DNA of 64,000 nucleotides from a candidate division WWE3 bacterium (GTDB lineage Bacteria; Patescibacteriota; 4484-211; GCA-002791395): NCBI GenBank assembly GCA_013335095.1, contig JAAXWF010000001.1, positions 22,797 to 86,796 of the forward strand, read 5' to 3'. Shown piece by piece: positions 58,569 to 64,000 of this stretch (position 1 is its first letter; each line of letters starts with the position of its first letter). The notes under the pieces were generated by a model. It saw only the letters and a program-made list of their open reading frames with translations, ran no database searches and was not told where the DNA came from. The position numbers and the translations under genes were made by a program.

Positions 58569-58617
58569 AAAACTAGCAGTACTAACGGAAAATATGTTAT
58601 CTTAATAATTAGCCTTA

Positions 58618-60000
58618 TTGAGTATGCATACAATACCACACACCGCCTCGGGTATGAGTAATGAAAGCGCTCCGAATTCTCCCCATGTTGAACTCGCCAA
58701 ACATCATGCCAAGCGAAAAGGATTTGGTCGTTTTTTAAATATTCTAGGCCCGGGTCTTGTAAGTGGTGCAGCCGATGATGACCCCTCGGGTATCGCAACG
58801 TATTCACAAGCTGGCGCAATGTATGGATTTAGTTTTTTGTGGGCTTTTCCTTTAATGTACCCACTCCTTTTGGCAGTCCAAGAATCTTGTTCACGAATAG
58901 GTGCGGTGACTGGTAAAGGATTAGCTGCGGTACTAAAAGAAAACTACAGCAAATGGGTTTTATATCTTGCGGTGGCACTCGTATTTGTTGCCAATACTAT
59001 TAACATCGGCTCGGATTTAGGTGCAATGGCAGCAGCGATGCAATTAATTATCCCGGTGCCTTTCTTTGTATTGGTTATACTCTTTGCGGTAATAATCGTG
59101 TTACTTGAAGTGCTTATTCCGTATACAATGTATGCCAAGATCTTAAAATGGCTGGCGATAACTCTGTTTGCGTATCCGATTACGGCGTTTCTAGTCGGGC
59201 AAGATTGGAAGATTATTTTTTATGAGACTTTTTCTTTTCGACCGACGATCAATTTTGAAACAGCCTATATCTTAGTTGGGATATTTGGTACAACGGTTTC
59301 TCCATATCTTTTTTTCTGGGATACCTCCGAAGTAGTCGAAGAAGAGATTGCCCAACACCGACTTAATAAATCCGGAGGATCTCCTCGAATTTCACATAGA
59401 TTTTTGAATGATCTGCAGATCGATAATTTTGTTGGTATGACCCTAGCAAGCGTTACCGCATGGTTTATCGTGATTGTGTGTGGTTCGGTTCTATTTTCTC
59501 ATGGTATTACCGAGATTAATTCTGCGGCCGATGCAGCGCTCGCTTTAGAGCCATTAGTTAGCCATTTTCCTAATGCTGGCTTGATTGCAAAACTAATCTT
59601 TTCAATTGGAATCTTAGGTCTCGGTTTGTTGGCTATTCCAACGTTAGCCGGTTCAGCATCTTACGCGATCAGTGAGACGATGGGTTGGCGAGAAGGTTTG
59701 TATCGAAATGTTACAAAAGCACCGGGATTTTATGCTGTTATTATCGTTGCTACGTTTGTTGGATTACTTACAAACTTTATTGGGGTTGATCCGATCAAGG
59801 CTTTAGTTTTTACTGCGGTTTTTAATGGTATTGCTGCAATTCCCCTGCTTTTGATGATAGCGAGAGTTGGAAATAATCAAAAGATTATGGGTGAGTATAA
59901 GAATGGTATGGTTTCGAATATTTTTGTTCGTTTAGCATTTGTCTGTATGACCGTAGCGGTCCTTTTCCTTTTCTATACGGTTTTAGCGGGTAAGGCATGA
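58618..60000 (+). CDS. mntH: NRAMP-family divalent metal transporter (MntH-like)
   Basis: GPGLVSGAADDDPSGIATYSQAGA N-terminal signature; 11-12 TM helices. Confidence 0.8.
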   Translation: MSMHTIPHTASGMSNESAPNSPHVELAKHHAKRKGFGRFLNILGPGLVSGAADDDPSGIATYSQAGAMYGFSFLWAFPLMYPLLLAVQESCSRIGAVTGKGLAAVLKENYSKWVLYLAVALVFVANTINIGSDLGAMAAAMQLIIPVPFFVLVILFAVIIVLLEVLIPYTMYAKILKWLAITLFAYPITAFLVGQDWKIIFYETFSFRPTINFETAYILVGIFGTTVSPYLFFWDTSEVVEEEIAQHRLNKSGGSPRISHRFLNDLQIDNFVGMTLASVTAWFIVIVCGSVLFSHGITEINSAADAALALEPLVSHFPNAGLIAKLIFSIGILGLGLLAIPTLAGSASYAISETMGWREGLYRNVTKAPGFYAVIIVATFVGLLTNFIGVDPIKALVFTAVFNGIAAIPLLLMIARVGNNQKIMGEYKNGMVSNIFVRLAFVCMTVAVLFLFYTVLAGKA

Positions 60001-60070
60001 TGATTTGCTGATTGAAAATATATGTATTATGATATAGCATCATAGAGTACGTTTAGTTCAATTAAGACTT

Positions 60071-60805
60071 ATGGCAAATAAAAATGGATTTAGCGCAATC
60101 GAGATTTTAGCAATTATTTTAATCATCTCCCTCGTGGCTGGTGGTATTTATGTATTGAACTCAAATAGAGAGAATGATGATACGGTCATACCCACTCCTA
60201 CTCAACCAATAACTACAACAAGTCCCTCTGCAACAGTCGCTCCGACTGATGAATACAGCAACTGGGAAACATACACCAATCCAACATATGGATTCTCATT
60301 TAAGTATCCTAAGGATGAAATATTTATTAGTGAAAATACTCAGCATTACAGTGGTAAAGATATTCAAATCACCATAATATCTAAAGATTTTGATTCACAA
60401 ATACAAAATGGAGTAGATTTACCAACCGCAGCAATTGGTCATATTGATATTTTCTCAACACTCGATAAAACGTTATTTGCGCATCAATTTTGGAACTCTC
60501 CTAAAGATTTTTTCAATACATTACAATCATTGCCATTGAATCAACCCGAAATATTAGATAGCGATTTGGATATTAGCTTTGTGGAATACACAAAACAATC
60601 CGAAGGGATATTACAAAATCGCCCGGTTATCACGCTTTCAGCTAAACCAACAAAAAAATCTGCAACTGACGGATACTCAAGTTATTTTACCTACATTCTT
60701 GACGCGGATCGATTAATTGTTTTATCGGACCAACCGAATACCGATCCGGAACACAACCTTTCCTTATTCAAAAGGATAGCAACCTCGTTTACATTTTCAA
60801 ACTAA
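60071..60805 (+). CDS. Type IV pilin-like protein (N-terminus NGFSAIEILAII)
   Basis: Prepilin cleavage motif G|FSAIE. Confidence 0.6.
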   Translation: MANKNGFSAIEILAIILIISLVAGGIYVLNSNRENDDTVIPTPTQPITTTSPSATVAPTDEYSNWETYTNPTYGFSFKYPKDEIFISENTQHYSGKDIQITIISKDFDSQIQNGVDLPTAAIGHIDIFSTLDKTLFAHQFWNSPKDFFNTLQSLPLNQPEILDSDLDISFVEYTKQSEGILQNRPVITLSAKPTKKSATDGYSSYFTYILDADRLIVLSDQPNTDPEHNLSLFKRIATSFTFSN

Positions 60806-60880
60806 CCCATTGATATATAGCTTTATATATTATATACTATTTCAGTCCTGCGAATAATAGGATTACGTAAGGAGGCTGCG

Positions 60881-63355
60881 ATGTGGTCACTAAAGAAGTG
60901 GAGCGGAAGAGTCGGTATGCTGCTTTTGGTGTGTCTGCAATTAATTGGGGCATTACCAAGCAATGCAGAAGATACCCTCTCTTTACAATGGCCTGTTAAG
61001 AATCATGTTCTGACAAAACCATTTCACCCGGATAGTGTACACAATGGGATCGACGTATCAAGCTCTGATACCGGCACAGTACTGGTGTTTGCCGCCCAAT
61101 CTGGAGATATTATAGCTGCAGGTTGGGATGACGTCGGATGCGGCGGAACAAAAGTAGAGTGGGAGCAAGATTCGACACCATCACAAAATTGCGGTGGTTA
61201 TCGAATCAAGATCAAACATGAGGTTTCGTCAGGCGTGTATATGTACACGTTATACGCACACCTCGAAGAAGGAAGTTATAGAACTTCCGGCCATGTCGCC
61301 CAAGGTGAAGAAATTGGAATAATGGCCTGCACAGGGACATGCACTGGAAAACATGTCCATTTTTCGCTGATGACCGGTCCTTTGCTTTCTTCAGCAATCG
61401 ACCCAGCAGGCTACATGTCTGGAGCTGAACCATCTGGTCAATCAGCAAACGCGTTACCTCGGCTAGATAGTGACGTTGTAGTGACCCCAGCACCATTGGT
61501 TGGTCCGGGGAGCTTCAATTTCACCTTCTGGCTAAAGAACACGGGGACAACGGAATTCTCTATTGGCGATGCCCTAATATCAGGAACATCAGCTAATAGT
61601 AATACGTGGAACGCAGGTTGGTCTGGTACATTAACAATACCGCCTGGAGAGCGACGAAACATACAGCTCTCCGGCATGGCTTATGACAACGATTTCGGTA
61701 CGTGGATAATACGGAAAGAAGTCGTAGTCAGGAAGCAAGGAACCACAGATTGGTATCCGATACTCCTAGGAGATTTCGCATTTCCTTCGAGCTTTATGCA
61801 CCAAGATCCCACGATTCCGCCTGTTATGGATAGTGACGTCAGTGTCTACCCAACACAGGCTTGGAGCGGCGGTTCGTATAGCTTTAAGTTCTTCCTTCGC
61901 AACCCGGATTCACATACCTTTGATGCAGAAGAGATCTACATCGAAGGGCATTCTGCATCGGGCGGACTTTGGAAGATGAACGCACAACCGCAAGTGATCC
62001 CAGCTGGTCAGCGTCGAGAATTTATCGCTACGCTACAACTACCAGCTAATGATCCCGGCACATGGCCTGTCACCAAGCTCATCCAAATCAAAAAAAGAGG
62101 CGGAGGCTGGTATACGATCAATCAAGGATCATTCGGATTTCCGGCTGAGTTCTATGTCCGCCCAATGGACACAACTGTTCCGGTAATCTCACTCACGGCA
62201 CCAGGAAATAACTACCAATACACGTACGAAATCCTAACGACCGCAACCGCAAGTGATCCTGAATCTGGAATTCAAGGAGTTGAATTCCATTTCAAGATTG
62301 ATGGAACATGGCGGCTGATGTACACCGATACAAACCCTGCAGATGGATTTTCATACCATTTCCCGGGTAACAGCTATGGACCTCAATCTGATCTGCAAAT
62401 AGTTGCATGGGCAATAAACAATGCAGGTCGACGAACGCAGTCTGGCGCATTCACTGGCATCACGAATATAGATACAACACCGCCCTACAATGTCTCAGTA
62501 TCTGGCGTGAATAATGGTCAAACATTCGCCGGTGATTGGATCAATGTGCAGGGAGCCGCAACAGATAATGTCGGGGTCAGCTATATGACCTTCCATCTGG
62601 GGTATCCAGGTGGACGCATCGATGTAACCGACAATACCCCGAACGATGGTTGGTCAGCGAGGTTTAATATCCGTGATCTGCCCAACATGACCGGGATGTA
62701 TATTGATGCACATGCGTCGGACGGCCACAACGCACCAACAGCATCTGGTGCGATCACGAACCTCGCAACCGCACGAACGTGCCCATGTTTCGTCAATTTA
62801 CGATCTGGCCAAGGATTTGACACCCAAGTCGATGCGGTAGTCAATATCCCTTCCAACGTGAATTGGTTAAACCTATACCTAACACCTCAGGGTCAAGGAT
62901 TTAGAGGTGTAGGAGCAACGCGAGGCAGTGACGGACTCTGGCGGGCAAGCTGGAATGTGTCAGATTTACCTGAAGGCCAGGTACTTATGATCGATGGATG
63001 GATTGGCTACCCAAGCGGTAATGTCCAGACGCCGGTACTAACCGGAATGGTCATAGACCGAAGCAATCCGACCATGCATTTAACTGGCCCCGGAGAATCG
63101 GCAACATTCAACAGCACACTAACGGTTACTGCAGCACCCCAAGATGCAGTAAGCGGAATCGATCGAGTTACATTCTACTTAGCCTGGCCGGGCAATAGTA
63201 TTGCCTTAACGGACTGGGATGGATCAGATGGCTGGGCGCAGACATTCGATACTTCAGTACTTGCCCCAGGAAGTTATCGAATAGACGCATGGACATATGA
63301 TAGAGCCGGGAGAGGGGGTCATGCTCCTGAGGTTTGGTGGTTAACGAAGAATTGA
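60881..63355 (+). CDS. Secreted M23-family metallopeptidase with five tandem Ig-like/beta-sandwich repeats
   Basis: taaggagg RBS; signal peptide; HNGIDV ... HVHF motifs; internal repeats of about 100 aa. Confidence 0.7.
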   Translation: MWSLKKWSGRVGMLLLVCLQLIGALPSNAEDTLSLQWPVKNHVLTKPFHPDSVHNGIDVSSSDTGTVLVFAAQSGDIIAAGWDDVGCGGTKVEWEQDSTPSQNCGGYRIKIKHEVSSGVYMYTLYAHLEEGSYRTSGHVAQGEEIGIMACTGTCTGKHVHFSLMTGPLLSSAIDPAGYMSGAEPSGQSANALPRLDSDVVVTPAPLVGPGSFNFTFWLKNTGTTEFSIGDALISGTSANSNTWNAGWSGTLTIPPGERRNIQLSGMAYDNDFGTWIIRKEVVVRKQGTTDWYPILLGDFAFPSSFMHQDPTIPPVMDSDVSVYPTQAWSGGSYSFKFFLRNPDSHTFDAEEIYIEGHSASGGLWKMNAQPQVIPAGQRREFIATLQLPANDPGTWPVTKLIQIKKRGGGWYTINQGSFGFPAEFYVRPMDTTVPVISLTAPGNNYQYTYEILTTATASDPESGIQGVEFHFKIDGTWRLMYTDTNPADGFSYHFPGNSYGPQSDLQIVAWAINNAGRRTQSGAFTGITNIDTTPPYNVSVSGVNNGQTFAGDWINVQGAATDNVGVSYMTFHLGYPGGRIDVTDNTPNDGWSARFNIRDLPNMTGMYIDAHASDGHNAPTASGAITNLATARTCPCFVNLRSGQGFDTQVDAVVNIPSNVNWLNLYLTPQGQGFRGVGATRGSDGLWRASWNVSDLPEGQVLMIDGWIGYPSGNVQTPVLTGMVIDRSNPTMHLTGPGESATFNSTLTVTAAPQDAVSGIDRVTFYLAWPGNSIALTDWDGSDGWAQTFDTSVLAPGSYRIDAWTYDRAGRGGHAPEVWWLTKN

Positions 63356-63440
63356 TACATCGCGTTAGGTGGGCCTCCCCCATCTAACGCATTTCTATAG
63401 AAATTATTATTTTATAATTTAATAGTAAGGTTACAAAACT

Positions 63441-63716
63441 ATGGCGAAAAAAAGAACAAATCCAAACCCACTGACCGTTATTCCTGGCGTAGGGAAATCG
63501 ATTGCACAGGATTTAAATCAGATTGGTATTACCGTCGTGAGCGATCTGGTTAATAAAGATGCCAACGAATTATATCGATTATCAAACCAACAGGCCGGTG
63601 TAATACAAGATCGGTGTTTGTTGTATGTGTTTCGTTGTGCTATTTATTATGCCGAAGGTGGTAACGATCCCGAAAAGTTAAAGTGGTGGAATTGGAAAGA
63701 TCTAGTACAGAACTAA
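63441..63716 (+). CDS. Small helix-hairpin-helix (TfoX-C-like) domain protein
   Basis: IPGVGKSIAQDL HhH motif. Confidence 0.5.
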   Translation: MAKKRTNPNPLTVIPGVGKSIAQDLNQIGITVVSDLVNKDANELYRLSNQQAGVIQDRCLLYVFRCAIYYAEGGNDPEKLKWWNWKDLVQN

Positions 63717-63738
63717 AAACCAAGTACAATAAATACAG

Positions 63739-64000
63739 ATGATGAAAAATGGCTTTGGTGTAATCGAAATTATCGTTGCAATATTTTTAGTTTCTCTCGT
63801 GGCTGGTGGTATTTATATATTGAACTCCAGTAGAGGTACTGATGATAGGGTCATACCGACTCCTACTCAACCAGTAACTACAACAACTCCATCTGCAACA
63901 GTCGCTCCGACAGATGATTACAGCAATTGGGAAACATACACCAATTCAACATATAGATTCTCATTTAAGTACCCTAAGGATGAGATATTTATTAGTGACG
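63739..64000 (+). CDS. Second type IV pilin-like gene (5' part; runs off window), about 90 % nt identity to 60071-60360
   Basis: MMKNGFGVIEIIVAIF; near-identical downstream PT-rich segment. Confidence 0.6.
   Translation, partial: MMKNGFGVIEIIVAIFLVSLVAGGIYILNSSRGTDDRVIPTPTQPVTTTTPSATVAPTDDYSNWETYTNSTYRFSFKYPKDEIFISD

Overview
This window is a 64 kb bacterial chromosomal segment using standard genetic code 11 (TGA is used as a stop) with AGGAGG-type ribosome-binding sites. It is a composition mosaic. The low-GC background (roughly 30-40 % by eye) carries recognisable accessory and housekeeping genes. Blocks of clearly higher GC (roughly 55-60 %) carry almost only function-unknown genes, mostly on the minus strand.

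Low-GC genes I can support:
- two paralogous RRM RNA-binding protein genes with a conserved long leader
- type IV pilin-like genes, one pair recently duplicated around an M23 peptidase gene
- three paralogous secreted polysaccharide-lyase-like proteins carrying CBM6-like, PA14 or dockerin modules
- further dockerin proteins, including one with a cohesin-like domain
- an OmpR/histidine-kinase pair, GtrA and a GT39/ArnT-like glycosyltransferase
- a ferric-reductase-like flavocytochrome, an NRAMP transporter, a rifampin-phosphotransferase-like PEP-utilising enzyme, and ytfI/ytfJ(GerW)-like genes

The largest high-GC block (about 14.6-26.8 kb) encodes:
- a ClpC/ClpB-like AAA+ protein whose first ATPase domain has lost its Walker motifs, translationally coupled to a coiled-coil protein
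- a convergent operon of a PspA/IM30 homolog, a membrane-anchored NMT1/SsuA-like binding-domain protein and a membrane coiled-coil protein
- a fold-III PLP decarboxylase and a zinc-ribbon/cold-shock-domain fusion protein

A family of strand-specific terminator hairpins with a GAAA tetraloop is restricted to the high-GC minus-strand genes. The family shows a compensatory base change between copies. I could not recognise any rRNA, tRNA, CRISPR array, integrase or transposase. All calls are from reading the sequence, with no database searches.
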